Assembly (NCBI GenBank): GCA_015228875.1
Contig: JADGCS010000001.1
Span: 55,886-119,885 of the forward strand
DNA: 64,000 bases
Reading direction: 5' to 3'
From: Deltaproteobacteria bacterium
GTDB lineage: Bacteria; UBA10199; JADGCS01
The notes beneath the pieces are model-generated. The model made no database searches, was not told the origin of the DNA, and worked only from the letters and a program-made list of their open reading frames with translations. Made by a program: the position numbers and the translations under genes. Below, in pieces: positions 1-10,895 of the stretch. Every line of letters starts with the position of its first letter. Position 1 is the first letter of the stretch.

Positions 1-48
1 ATGAGGTGCCAGCCCCTTTAGTATTTTCGGCTTGATGCGGGTTATGGT
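1..48 (+). repeat. Repeat family B (REP-like), partial copy at the window edge
   Basis: gtattttcggcttgatgcgggttatgg matches the 3' end of family B. Confidence 0.5.
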
Positions 49-168
49 GTGTGGGTGTCATCGGGCGTAGATGGCCTCGATTTAAGTCAATTCAAGTATT
101 CACTTGTCAAATAACTGGCGCAAATCCAGATAGAACGCATGTCTGGTCAGCCAATTCCGGAGAAATAA

Positions 169-1731
169 ATGGGAAACGATAGCGATCATATAAAAAACGA
201 TTCAAACAATGGGCGGGAGCAGCGGACCTACGAAAGACACTCATCAAAGACTGGTGTAGCTCGCAGGACCTACACCAAGGATAACAACAGAAGGCCGTCA
301 AGATATTCAAACGATGACAGGGACAACAGAGATATGAGGGATAATAGAGACATGAGAGACAACAGGGATGTTCGTGAAAACGGTGTGGTGACCGAGCAAA
401 AAAAAGTCAGCATCAAAGATATAGACCTGACCATCATGGCCCAAGAGGCCCCCAACCTGGTCCATTTTTTTTCGGGCAACGAGGCCATCTACCTTAAAGA
501 ACTCAAAGAGGTCGACATCAACGAGCTCATTTCCGTGGGGAGGCTCTTTGGTGTCGAAAATCCTTCAGGACTCAAAAGACAAGAGCTCATCTTTGCCATT
601 CTGCAGGCACAAAAGGATACGGGGGATATATACGGCGAGGGTGTCTTAGAGACCCTGCCGGACGGTTTTGGTTTTTTAAGGGCCACAGATTTTAACTACC
701 TGCCGGGGCCGGACGATATTTATGTCTCTCCCTCGCAGATCCGCCGCTTTAATCTGCGAACAGGCGATACAGTCTTTGGTCAGATCCGTCCGCCCAAAGA
801 GGGTGAGCGGTACTTTGCGCTTCTTAAGGTCGACAAGGTCAATTTTGAATTGTCCGAACAAGCTCGTAACAAAATTCTGTTTGACAACCTCACACCGTTG
901 TATCCCAACAACAAATTCAACCTCGAACACTCCACCAAAGAATACACATCCCGCATCATTGACCTCTTAGCCCCCATTGGCAAGGGTCAGAGGGCAATGA
1001 TTGTGGCGCCCCCAAGGACTGGTAAAACAATGATGCTGCAAAATGTCGCCAATGCCATCAGCGCCAACCATCCGGATGTCACACTCATTGTGCTGCTCAT
1101 CGATGAGCGCCCCGAAGAGGTCACCGACATGAAACGCTCCATTAGGGGTGAGGTGATCAGTTCCACATTTGACGAACCTGCCACGCGTCACGTTCAAGTT
1201 GCCGAGATGGTCATCGAAAAGGCCAAGCGCCTTGTCGAACACAAAAAAGATGTCGTGATCCTGCTCGATTCAATCACGCGCCTTGCAAGGGCCTACAATA
1301 CTGTTGTGCCGCCATCCGGCAAGATCCTGTCTGGTGGTGTCGATTCTAATGCGCTTCACAAACCCAAGAGATTTTTTGGCGCTGCCCGCAACATAGAAGA
1401 GGGTGGTTCGCTCACCATCATCGCGACGGCCCTTATCGATACCGGTTCGCGCATGGACGAGGTCATCTTCGAAGAATTTAAGGGCACAGGTAATTCCGAA
1501 ATCCACCTCGACCGCAAACTCATGGAAAAGCGCATCTTCCCGTGCATGGATGTCAACAAGTCCGGCACCCGAAAAGAAGAACTCCTCCTTAAACCAGAGG
1601 TCTTAAGCCGCGTCTGGATCCTTCGCAAACTCCTCCACGCCCTCAACGTGGTCGACACATTAGAGTTTCTGCAGAGCAAAATGAAAGACACCGCGGACAA
1701 CACAGACTTTTTGGAGTCGATGAATAAGTAG
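169..1731 (+). CDS. rho: Transcription termination factor Rho with N-terminal low-complexity (DNRDMR)x3 insertion
   Basis: RNA-binding motif [18 protein letters not shown]...ERYFALLKV. Walker [19 protein letters not shown] and conserved C-terminal ATPase region. The N-terminus is rich in R/D/N repeats. Confidence 0.93.
   Translation: MGNDSDHIKNDSNNGREQRTYERHSSKTGVARRTYTKDNNRRPSRYSNDDRDNRDMRDNRDMRDNRDVRENGVVTEQKKVSIKDIDLTIMAQEAPNLVHFFSGNEAIYLKELKEVDINELISVGRLFGVENPSGLKRQELIFAILQAQKDTGDIYGEGVLETLPDGFGFLRATDFNYLPGPDDIYVSPSQIRRFNLRTGDTVFGQIRPPKEGERYFALLKVDKVNFELSEQARNKILFDNLTPLYPNNKFNLEHSTKEYTSRIIDLLAPIGKGQRAMIVAPPRTGKTMMLQNVANAISANHPDVTLIVLLIDERPEEVTDMKRSIRGEVISSTFDEPATRHVQVAEMVIEKAKRLVEHKKDVVILLDSITRLARAYNTVVPPSGKILSGGVDSNALHKPKRFFGAARNIEEGGSLTIIATALIDTGSRMDEVIFEEFKGTGNSEIHLDRKLMEKRIFPCMDVNKSGTRKEELLLKPEVLSRVWILRKLLHALNVVDTLEFLQSKMKDTADNTDFLESMNK
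322..375 (+). repeat. 3x tandem 18-bp repeat encoding DNRDMR / DNRDMR / DNRDVR inside rho
   Basis: gacaacagagatatgagg / gataatagagacatgaga / gacaacagggatgttcgt read directly from the sequence. Confidence 0.85.
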
Positions 1732-1768
1732 TTACAGCGTCTGTGTCAGCCAGTATCACCCAAAAGAG

Positions 1769-3844
1769 CTACTTACCTGGCTTTTTTTCGATCCTGCAGA
1801 TCTTGGAACACCCGTCACCATTCCTTTGGTTGCCATCGTCACATTCCTCGCTGCCGGCTTTTTTCCCGTTGCCACACCCCTTTGTGCATTGGCTGGGGTT
1901 ATTATAATTGCAGGCATAACCGCTCTCAATGGCGCAGGCTGAACACCCATCACCGCTGACATTTGGTTCTGCAGAATTCATACCATCTATTGCAGAACGT
2001 GACAGTTGGGTGATTGTTTGTGAAGACACATCGAGACCAAAAATTGTAAAGCCTTGCCGACTCGTGCCAGTCCATATTGATGAACCGGAATTAAAAACAA
2101 CCTTGTTACCATCTGATGAGGTTCTTTGATCAAAAGAATGTCCGTTACCCTGAACGCCACTTGCATCCTTGGATACAAGCGAAATGTTATTCCGCACGCG
2201 ATCATAACGAAACAGATCTTTCATTGTTCTGTTGGTGTCAAGTCTGGTCAATCCGGGATCTTCGGACACAAAGACTACATAGCGCCCGTCAAAACTGACT
2301 TGTGGTTTGTTTGATGCTCCTGTTGGCTCCGCCCCGTCGTGTCTCATCGAAATACGCGTGAAAGTACCCCCAACAGCATTTTTTTCGTAAAGAAACACAT
2401 CTAATTTATTATTGTTGTCATTGGGTACAAGATTGGTTGCCTCCGATTCAAAGGCGATAAAGTTACCGTCGTCACTTATGCTGGGATTATCAGATGCCCC
2501 ATTGGCATCTGACCCATCATCACCCTGAGTGATTTTTTGCGTCCTGCCTTCCACAAGATCGTGAATACATATGTTTTTGATGTCATTGATTGTGCAAACA
2601 AAGGCCAGATAGCGGGCATCGGGTGTGATTTGTGGGTTTGTATTTTGCCCAGAAAGGTCAAGGCCCTCACCGTGAAGTTTTATGAGTTGTGCATCGAATG
2701 GGTCGGGGTAGGTCAGCCTTCCAGTGGCGGCACGCTCGTGCGTTACAGAGTCACGACACATGACTTCGTATGCAATGGTCGCGGTATCATCCATTCCGGG
2801 GCTGGTTCTCAAGTTGACGCCAAACCAGCCGTCAAACCATTCGGTCTCTAAAGAAGATCCGGAATGTGTGTAAACCACCTTACAGGATATATTATTTTCT
2901 TTGTTAGTATTTGGTTCAAATCTCAGTTGACCATCGTCCAGCAAATGGACTTTCGTTGAGATAATATGCAAAGGGTTGTCGATGATAATGTGACGATGAA
3001 TAATTGTTTCATTCCCGTAAACATCGGTTACCTTGATGAGAAGGTCTGTTGCTCCATTTTTAAAAAGACGGGTATCAAAGTCAAAATCCCATGCGCCATC
3101 TACAACCCCAGTTACAACAGTGCAAACATGCGATGGATTACAAAGACTGATACGTCTCACCCCTGTGTCATCAAGGGCAACCCCACGGAATGTGACAGTG
3201 CCGCTGATCGTTGAATCTTCTGCGGGAGCGGTCAATGAGACTTGGGGGTTATTCATCACAAAATAGGCAATCCTGTCTTCAAACACAATTCCATCGGGGT
3301 CAGAGGTTCTCAGACGCAATTGATACGACCTGTTTTCTGTGACCGTCGGGACCGTTAATTCCCCCAAGACCCTTTCACCAATCACGGCACTCCCCCCCAG
3401 GCTGCTGATCACAGCGCCAGCGTCGTCAAGCCACTCCAGTGTATAGGGTGTTGGCGCGTCAGCATCCTCTGATCCCACAGAGCCCTCTACACTCAGGGTG
3501 TCTCCAGTGTTCAAGACGATCCCATTATGCGGGGACGTGATCATGACCTCGTAGGGATCCTGAATATCTAAAGCAATATCTGCCTGCACAAGGCCGTAAC
3601 CGTAGTATACATCAAAGCCAGGTGCCCCAAAGTCTGTGCCGCCCAGACGCAATGCCTGTTGCACCTGATCGTTACTGTATTCTGGGTGGGACTCGCGTAT
3701 GAGTGCGGCAATACCGCATACGTGAGGGGTGGCCATGCTTGTGCCGCTTTTCATCTCATAGGAACTACCTGGGATGGTTGATAAGACATCAACACCGGGG
3801 GCTGCCACATCAACGTTGATCCCAAAATTTGAGAAATCCGCGGA
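1769..3844 (-). CDS. S8 subtilase C-terminal fragment in the -1 frame relative to 3751..5112. It carries the catalytic Ser (SGTSMATPHV), PD40/TolB-like beta-propeller repeats and a C-terminal Myxococcus-type Cys-rich repeat.
   Basis: In frame B, upstream of the GTG the tool used, the sequence reads SADFSNFGINVDVAAPGVDVLSTIPGSSYEMKSGTSMATPHV. Repeated DGxxxAFxS units follow. The C-terminus reads ECDDGNQRNGDGCSKIC. Confidence 0.75.
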   Translation of the reverse strand, partial: SADFSNFGINVDVAAPGVDVLSTIPGSSYEMKSGTSMATPHVCGIAALIRESHPEYSNDQVQQALRLGGTDFGAPGFDVYYGYGLVQADIALDIQDPYEVMITSPHNGIVLNTGDTLSVEGSVGSEDADAPTPYTLEWLDDAGAVISSLGGSAVIGERVLGELTVPTVTENRSYQLRLRTSDPDGIVFEDRIAYFVMNNPQVSLTAPAEDSTISGTVTFRGVALDDTGVRRISLCNPSHVCTVVTGVVDGAWDFDFDTRLFKNGATDLLIKVTDVYGNETIIHRHIIIDNPLHIISTKVHLLDDGQLRFEPNTNKENNISCKVVYTHSGSSLETEWFDGWFGVNLRTSPGMDDTATIAYEVMCRDSVTHERAATGRLTYPDPFDAQLIKLHGEGLDLSGQNTNPQITPDARYLAFVCTINDIKNICIHDLVEGRTQKITQGDDGSDANGASDNPSISDDGNFIAFESEATNLVPNDNNNKLDVFLYEKNAVGGTFTRISMRHDGAEPTGASNKPQVSFDGRYVVFVSEDPGLTRLDTNRTMKDLFRYDRVRNNISLVSKDASGVQGNGHSFDQRTSSDGNKVVFNSGSSIWTGTSRQGFTIFGLDVSSQTITQLSRSAIDGMNSAEPNVSGDGCSACAIESGYACNYNNPSQCTKGCGNGKKAGSEECDDGNQRNGDGCSKICRIEKKPGK

Positions 3845-5112
3845 TTATCACCTGACTGTATTGCGGCAACGGTCACAACACCAGCAATGTTGGCAGGGTA
3901 GTAGTTGTAGGTATCAGAGTGATCGTTCCCTGCAGCGGCCACGACCACAGCATCCAGACTGCGCGCAAACGCAATCGCTTCACGCTCAACAAGTGATCCT
4001 TCATACGAGCTAACACGTCCCAGACTTAAATTGATCACATCAGCCCCCATAGTCGCCGCGTAGGTGATTGCCGCAGCAATATCCGAGGAGCGGCCTTTAC
4101 CAATTGATGATAGAGCTCGCACCGGCATGATCTCGCTCCCATGCGCAACACCAACCACACCGATCCCATTATCGCCCACAGCCGCAATGTTCCCTGCAAC
4201 GTGTGTGCCGTGATAATGTTGATCCATCGGGTTGTTATCCGGGCCTTCATCGTTGTAGGTTGTAAAATTGTAACCGTTAACATCATCAATGTAACCGTTT
4301 GCATCATCGTCGATGCCGTTATCGGGGATCTCGCCGGGATTTTGCCAGATATTCTCGCTTAAATCGGGGTGGTTGTAATCAACACCGCTGTCCACAACGG
4401 CAACAACGACGCCAGCCCCGGTGATGCCCTGTGCCCAAGCCTCAGGTGCGTTTACCCTGTCGATTCCCCAGAGTTCCGGCAGGGAGGGGTCATTGGGGAG
4501 GGGGACTGCGGGATCCACCTCATCGAGTGTAATCACCTCGTCAATTGTTACCGACTCCACATCTGGGTCGTTTTTAAGTTCGTTGATGAGATCTGTCACT
4601 GCGGGGTCTGTTTTGTCTTTGCTGATTTTTGCATCAAGCTTCATGACGTAGAAATCAGAGAGACGGGGAGTCTTGTCTGTGGGAGACCCCTTATTTTTAA
4701 GGGTTGGACGCTGTTGCTTGACCTTATTAAACACATCTTGATGCAACAGGCCTTCGGTTTTCCCCGATGTTTTCATTTTTTTTACAAGTCCGGTAAACAC
4801 GGGCCTTGTCTCGCTGATCTTTTTATGCTGATTAAAAAAGGTATCCAGTTTTGAACCTCCTGATTTTTTGATATCACCTCTCTTAAACCGCATTTTGTCT
4901 GCTGATAATCTGTCCTTTAACAGGCCGCCCAACCCAGGGGCACCGGACTTCGCGGGCTTAAATTTGACGATCAGGCGCACAGGTTCTTTTTCTGCATCCG
5001 CCTGTTGATCCAAAAGTGGATCTAAGCCCTTAAACTGGCCCTGCGTGAGGCAGGGGACAAGAAACAGACAGCCAATAAAAACGATCAACGCGATGGATGT
5101 GTTTTTAAACAT
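3751..5112 (-). CDS. Secreted S8 subtilase, N-terminal fragment: signal peptide, propeptide, and the catalytic Asp/His/Asn part
   Basis: Signal peptide MFKNTSIALIVFIGCLFLV. Motifs VAVVDSGVD, HGTHVAGNIAA and AAGNDHSD. The frame ends in out-of-frame residues after ...SGDNPR. Confidence 0.8.
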   Translation of the reverse strand: MFKNTSIALIVFIGCLFLVPCLTQGQFKGLDPLLDQQADAEKEPVRLIVKFKPAKSGAPGLGGLLKDRLSADKMRFKRGDIKKSGGSKLDTFFNQHKKISETRPVFTGLVKKMKTSGKTEGLLHQDVFNKVKQQRPTLKNKGSPTDKTPRLSDFYVMKLDAKISKDKTDPAVTDLINELKNDPDVESVTIDEVITLDEVDPAVPLPNDPSLPELWGIDRVNAPEAWAQGITGAGVVVAVVDSGVDYNHPDLSENIWQNPGEIPDNGIDDDANGYIDDVNGYNFTTYNDEGPDNNPMDQHYHGTHVAGNIAAVGDNGIGVVGVAHGSEIMPVRALSSIGKGRSSDIAAAITYAATMGADVINLSLGRVSSYEGSLVEREAIAFARSLDAVVVAAAGNDHSDTYNYYPANIAGVVTVAAIQSGDNPRISQILGSTLMWQPPVLMSYQPSQVVPMR

Positions 5113-5426
5113 ACAGGAGACCTCATTCGGTTAAGTGTTTAGCTATAGATGAAAGCAATTTTTGTGCCACTGCTTTGTTTTTTTGCTGGAATAACAATAG
5201 GTTACATGTTTGTCGCCCCAAAGACCTGTTATCAAATTGATAAATTATCATATTAGGGGGCAAAATATTGACACCAGAATTGCTGATACAGCTACAAAAT
5301 TAAAGGCTGATGCGACAGTCCAATCCACAGGTACCCTTAAAAAAAAGCAGAAAAACGCCTTTTTTCATACCAAAAAAAACAAAATAATGCCTTTATTCAT
5401 ATTAAAAAAAGCACTATAATAGAGCC

Positions 5427-6740
5427 ATGCGAAGAACAATCTATCAGGACCTGCTTGGTTGGAAGCGTGCAAAGGCGCGAAAGCCGTTGATTCTCAAGGG
5501 TGCCAGACAGGTCGGCAAGACCTACTCTTTAAAAGAATTTGGAGCAGTCGAGTTTGCACACTGCCATCATTTTGATTTTATTAAAGACAAAAAATTAAAA
5601 ACAGTATTTGAAGGGGACACTGATCCTCTGGCCATCATAAAAAAACTCGAGATTCAATACGATAAAAAAATTGATCCCGCCCGCGATCTTATTATCTTTG
5701 ATGAAATACAGGACTGTCCCAACGCCTTAACCTCTCTAAAATATTTTTGCGATGATTTAAAAAATTCTTTTGTTATTGGTTCGGGTTCTTTTTTGGGTGT
5801 CAGTCTCTCTGCAGAGCCCTATCCTGTGGGCAAGATTAAAACCCTCAAAATGTATCCGATGACCTTTTTTGAGTTCTTAAGAGGGCTTGGTAGAGAACCC
5901 TTGCTCAATGCCATTTTAGAAGGCACTCAGGGCAACAGGATTGATTTATCGGTTCACGAAAAGGCGTTGGAGTATCTTAAATTTTATTTTATCACGGGGG
6001 GCTTGCCCGAGATCGTCAACGAGTTTAAAAACAGCCATTCTGATTTAGCGGGTTCGTTTATCAAAGTGCGCGAGATGCAGTTCGAGATGCTGGACAACTA
6101 TCAGAACGACATGTCAAAGCATGCCGGAAAAATAAATGCATTAAAAATACAGGCGGTCTTTCAAGATGTGCCCGTTCAACTTGCAAGAGAAAACAAGAAC
6201 ACAACAAAGTTTGTCTTTAAGGATGTTTTAACTTCACGCTCAAACTACGAGCAACTCGAAGACCCCATCATGTGGCTTGAAAAATCAGGTTTGATATTTA
6301 AGGTGCCTGTCTGCAACAGGGCCGCCCAACCGTTAAAGGCCTACACGACACACAATCATTTCAAGTTGTACCTGTTTGATGTCGGGCTGCTTGGGGCCAT
6401 GACGGGGCTTGAGCCAAAGACCATCTTCAATTACGATTTCGGCAGTTACAAAGGGTATTTTGTCGAAAACTATGTGTTGCAAGAGTTGACATCGTCTCTT
6501 GAGGCGCCTGTTTACAGTTGGAAAGAAAACACCAGCGAGGTTGAATTTTTAATTGCGCTATCGGGTGAGATAACGCCTGTTGAGGTCAAGGCAGGGATCA
6601 ACAAAAAGGCAAAGAGCCTCAAGGTCTTTATGGATAAGTATTCGCCAAAAAAAAGTTTTCTGGTGTCGGGCCACACCATCAGTCTTAAAAATAAGGGGGT
6701 GTCTTATTTGCCCTTGTATGCGGTGTCTGCGATCGGGTGA
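5427..6740 (+). CDS. AAA+ ATPase family protein (N-terminal P-loop GARQVGKT, DUF4143-like C-terminus)
   Basis: ILKGARQVGKTYSLKEF Walker A, DExx-like IIFDEIQ. The length and layout are typical of stand-alone AAA/DUF4143 proteins. Confidence 0.6.
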   Translation: MRRTIYQDLLGWKRAKARKPLILKGARQVGKTYSLKEFGAVEFAHCHHFDFIKDKKLKTVFEGDTDPLAIIKKLEIQYDKKIDPARDLIIFDEIQDCPNALTSLKYFCDDLKNSFVIGSGSFLGVSLSAEPYPVGKIKTLKMYPMTFFEFLRGLGREPLLNAILEGTQGNRIDLSVHEKALEYLKFYFITGGLPEIVNEFKNSHSDLAGSFIKVREMQFEMLDNYQNDMSKHAGKINALKIQAVFQDVPVQLARENKNTTKFVFKDVLTSRSNYEQLEDPIMWLEKSGLIFKVPVCNRAAQPLKAYTTHNHFKLYLFDVGLLGAMTGLEPKTIFNYDFGSYKGYFVENYVLQELTSSLEAPVYSWKENTSEVEFLIALSGEITPVEVKAGINKKAKSLKVFMDKYSPKKSFLVSGHTISLKNKGVSYLPLYAVSAIG

Positions 6741-6841
6741 CAGCCTGTTGATTTTTTTATTCGGGGCTCAGGGACACTTGGGGCATGGCACCATCCTTGC
6801 CAACCACCCCGATGTTTAAAAAAAGAGGGAAACTCACATCA

Positions 6842-8305
<1,464 letters not shown>

Positions 8306-8309
8306 CCTG

Positions 8310-9276
8310 TTATTTTTTTACGGCATCGGCATTGAGCGCGTTGATCAACTCACCTTTTGTTAAAAAGGCTGCGATTTGATTTGCCGCATCGATGGCGACG
8401 TTATCCTGCGCCTCGTGCGTGGAGGCGCCGAGGTGCGGGGTAAAGATGACCTTGTCGCTTTTTAAAAGAGGGTGATGAGGGTCGACAGGTTCTTTTTCAA
8501 AGACATCAAGGGCTGCACCCGCCACAATGCCGTTTTCTATGGCCGCGCAGAGGTCTATTTCGTTGATGATCCCGCCGCGTGCACAGTTGATAATAAAGAC
8601 GCCTTTTTTCATTTTTTCGAAGGCCTGTTTGTTGACCATGCCGGCTGTTTTTTCATTTTTTGGCGTATGAATGGTGATGTAATCGGCGGTTTTGTAAAGG
8701 TCGTCGAGCTCTACTTTTTTTGCACCCAGTGCCGTGACAGCGGCCTCTGTTAAAAAGGGATCGTAGACAATGACATTCATTTTAAGACCTGCGGCCCTGT
8801 CGGCCACTATTTTACCTATGTTGCCGGCGCCGATGAGACCAAGAGTTTTATTGAAAATCTCCGACCCCATGAAGGCGTTTTTTTCCCACTTGCCGGCCCT
8901 GATTGAGGCGGTAGCCTGCGGGATCTGGCGGGAGCAGGCAAACATCATCGCGATGGCGTGTTCGGCGGTGGTGACTGTATTGCCAAACGGGGTATTCATC
9001 ACGATGATCCCTTGTTTGGAGGCCGCGGGGATATCGACGTTATCAACACCAATCCCTGCACGAGCAATGACCTTAAGTTTTTTTGCACAGGATAAGATGT
9101 CGGCCTTGAGTTTTGTTGCCGAGCGAATAATAATGGCATCAACATCGGCAATCACCTCCTTGAGTTTGTCGATATCTTTACCAAGACCGGGCTGGTTTAA
9201 GACCTCGATCCCCTTTGTTTCCTGAAGTATTTTGATTCCCTTGGGGGAGCACTTGTCCGAAATGAGTACTTTCATA
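8310..9276 (-). CDS. D-isomer-specific 2-hydroxyacid dehydrogenase (short SerA-like phosphoglycerate dehydrogenase, no ACT domain)
   Basis: MKVLISD start with upstream RBS. NAD-binding motif GLIGAGNIGKIVA. Catalytic region FINCARGGIINE...HLGAST. The tool ORF extends upstream through a spurious region. Confidence 0.8.
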
Positions 9277-9410
9277 ATGTTTGCAAAAATTCCAGACAGC
9301 CCCCTGATACGCACGGTTGCCGTGCAGGAGAGCACCCACCTTCTCTGTGGTGGCATGAGGAGGGGGGTGAGTCTGGAAGAACGCGTTAATGGTTGTTATA
9401 CCCTCGATGT

Positions 9411-9507
9411 ATAGGAATTTCAAAGTCGACAGAGCGCGGGTGCATTCCTCGCAAAATGGAGGAATTCAATCGCGTCAAAGTCAAGTTAGTAACTTGTGAT
9501 CATTTGA
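9411..9507 (+). repeat. Repeat family A copy
   Basis: ataggaatttcaaagtcgacagagcgcgggtgcattcctcgcaaaatggaggaattcaatcgcgtcaaagtcaagttagtaacttgtga. Confidence 0.85.
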
Positions 9508-9744
9508 GCCGCGCCTTTACCAGGTTCAAGTCAATAACCGGGACCGTGCTATCATACGGGTGGACATTGTCAATAGCACCTTGATCAGAAGACCGCTGAT
9601 GATGGGACAGAGGCCCTGAGCGGGTATCCTTCGCTCTCAGGAGACAGGTGAATAACGCGCTGATATTATAAAAAAAGTTGATGTCAGGGGCTCTCATGCC
9701 CTATGGGTTTCCTGGATGGGAGAGACCTTTTCTGGAGGGTGCCT

Positions 9745-10122
9745 ATGTTGACCGCAAATCATGAATACGACATCATCACCTGCCGGGGATTTCAATACGC
9801 ATGCGAGATCGGCATTTTTGAGAATGAGCAGGGCGTTAAACAAAAAATTCTTGTGGATCTTAAGGTCCCCATCAAGAAAGACGTGTCTTACGAACAGGAC
9901 AGGGTGCAGGATATCCAGTTCGCTTACGATCAGGCAAATCAGGTGATCAAGGGTGTTGTTGAGGGAAAAAGGTATAATCTGATCGAATCACTCGCAGAAA
10001 AAATTGCCTGTGAGCTTTTACAAAAATTTGCTATTGAGTTTGTCGAAGTGGAGGTCACAAAATTTCCCATCGATATGCCCAACGCAGACTCCGTTTCATT
10101 CACATGCATCAGGGGCAGGTAA
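9745..10122 (+). CDS. folB: Dihydroneopterin aldolase
   Basis: About 125 aa with the FolB-like pattern IxxCRGFQYACEIGIFENEQGVKQKILVDL...YNLIESLAEKIA. A GGAGGG RBS precedes the ATG at 9745. Confidence 0.75.
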   Translation: MLTANHEYDIITCRGFQYACEIGIFENEQGVKQKILVDLKVPIKKDVSYEQDRVQDIQFAYDQANQVIKGVVEGKRYNLIESLAEKIACELLQKFAIEFVEVEVTKFPIDMPNADSVSFTCIRGR

Positions 10123-10123
10123 T

Positions 10124-10777
10124 ATGAAAATCATATCCAATACCGCCATCAGTATCGATGGAAAAATAGGTTTTAAAATAGATCAGCTTGTTTTTTTGGG
10201 GACACGGCGGGACCGTATCAGGATGAGTGAGATTAGGGGAACGGCGGACGCCATTCTGGTTGGAGGGCAGGGTTTTAGAAACTGGCCAAAACCCCTGCTG
10301 GCCAGAGAAGAAGACGAAAAACACGATCTTAAAAAAAAACCAAAACTGAATGTCGTTTTATCCCACAGCCTGCATCTACCGGTTGACAACGAATATCTTG
10401 CCGAAAAGAGAAAAAGAACTCTGGTCCTGACTGACGCCACAGCAATCCCCCATGGATTTCCCTTTGAGGTCGTGCAGTGCAGGGGGCAGATTTCTGCGGA
10501 ATGGATCGCGGACGAGATTGCCAAGAGGGGTGTAGAGACGCTGCTGATCGAGGGCGGTTCAACCATCCTGCACATGTTTTTACAGTCCGAACTCATCGAT
10601 GAGATGTTTATCACGCTGTGTCCGCTGATTATTGGTGGCCATCAGGCCCCGTCGCTTGTGGGCGGCGAGGGATTTACCGTCAGCCATTTCAAGCGTTTCG
10701 AGATCGTTAAAAACGAAGTCATCGGTCACGAGATCTTTCTGCACTACAAGTTACTAAAAAACAAGTTACTAACTTGA
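10124..10777 (+). CDS. RibD C-terminal-domain / dihydrofolate-reductase-like family reductase
   Basis: ISIDGKIG, DAILVGGQGF and LLIEGGSTILHMFLQSELIDEMFITLCPLIIGG are hallmark motifs of the RibD_C/DHFR fold. The ATG lies 1 nt after the folB stop. The C-terminal approximately 12 aa are read from repeat A. Confidence 0.7.
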   Translation: MKIISNTAISIDGKIGFKIDQLVFLGTRRDRIRMSEIRGTADAILVGGQGFRNWPKPLLAREEDEKHDLKKKPKLNVVLSHSLHLPVDNEYLAEKRKRTLVLTDATAIPHGFPFEVVQCRGQISAEWIADEIAKRGVETLLIEGGSTILHMFLQSELIDEMFITLCPLIIGGHQAPSLVGGEGFTVSHFKRFEIVKNEVIGHEIFLHYKLLKNKLLT

Positions 10778-10875
10778 CTTTGATGCCCCGAAGGAAATGC
10801 CCTTGGGGCACGCGATTGAATTCCTTCATTTTGCGAGGAATGCACCCGCGCTCTGTCGACTTTGAAATTCTTGGA
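10762..10875 (-). repeat. Repeat family A copy (inverted), with a nested 24-nt GC motif
   Basis: Reverse complement of the 9411 copy, with inserted ccccgaaggaaatgcccttgggg. Confidence 0.85.
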
Positions 10876-10895
10876 TATAAATATAGAGGTATCAA

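Noticed and set aside
4035-4854. Multiple plus-strand ORFs (4141..4362, 4369..4854, 4421..4651) antisense to the S8 peptidase
   Set aside because: They are antisense shadows of a GC-biased coding region, with no motifs. The same applies to the many 60–150-aa ORFs antisense to purA, serA, ilvB, mscS, TSUP and other genes.
10004-10123. Upstream extension of RibD_C ORF (10004..10777) overlapping folB
   Set aside because: The extension is in a different frame overlapping the folB 3' end. The conserved MKIISNTAISIDGKIG start at 10124, directly after the folB stop, is the real start.
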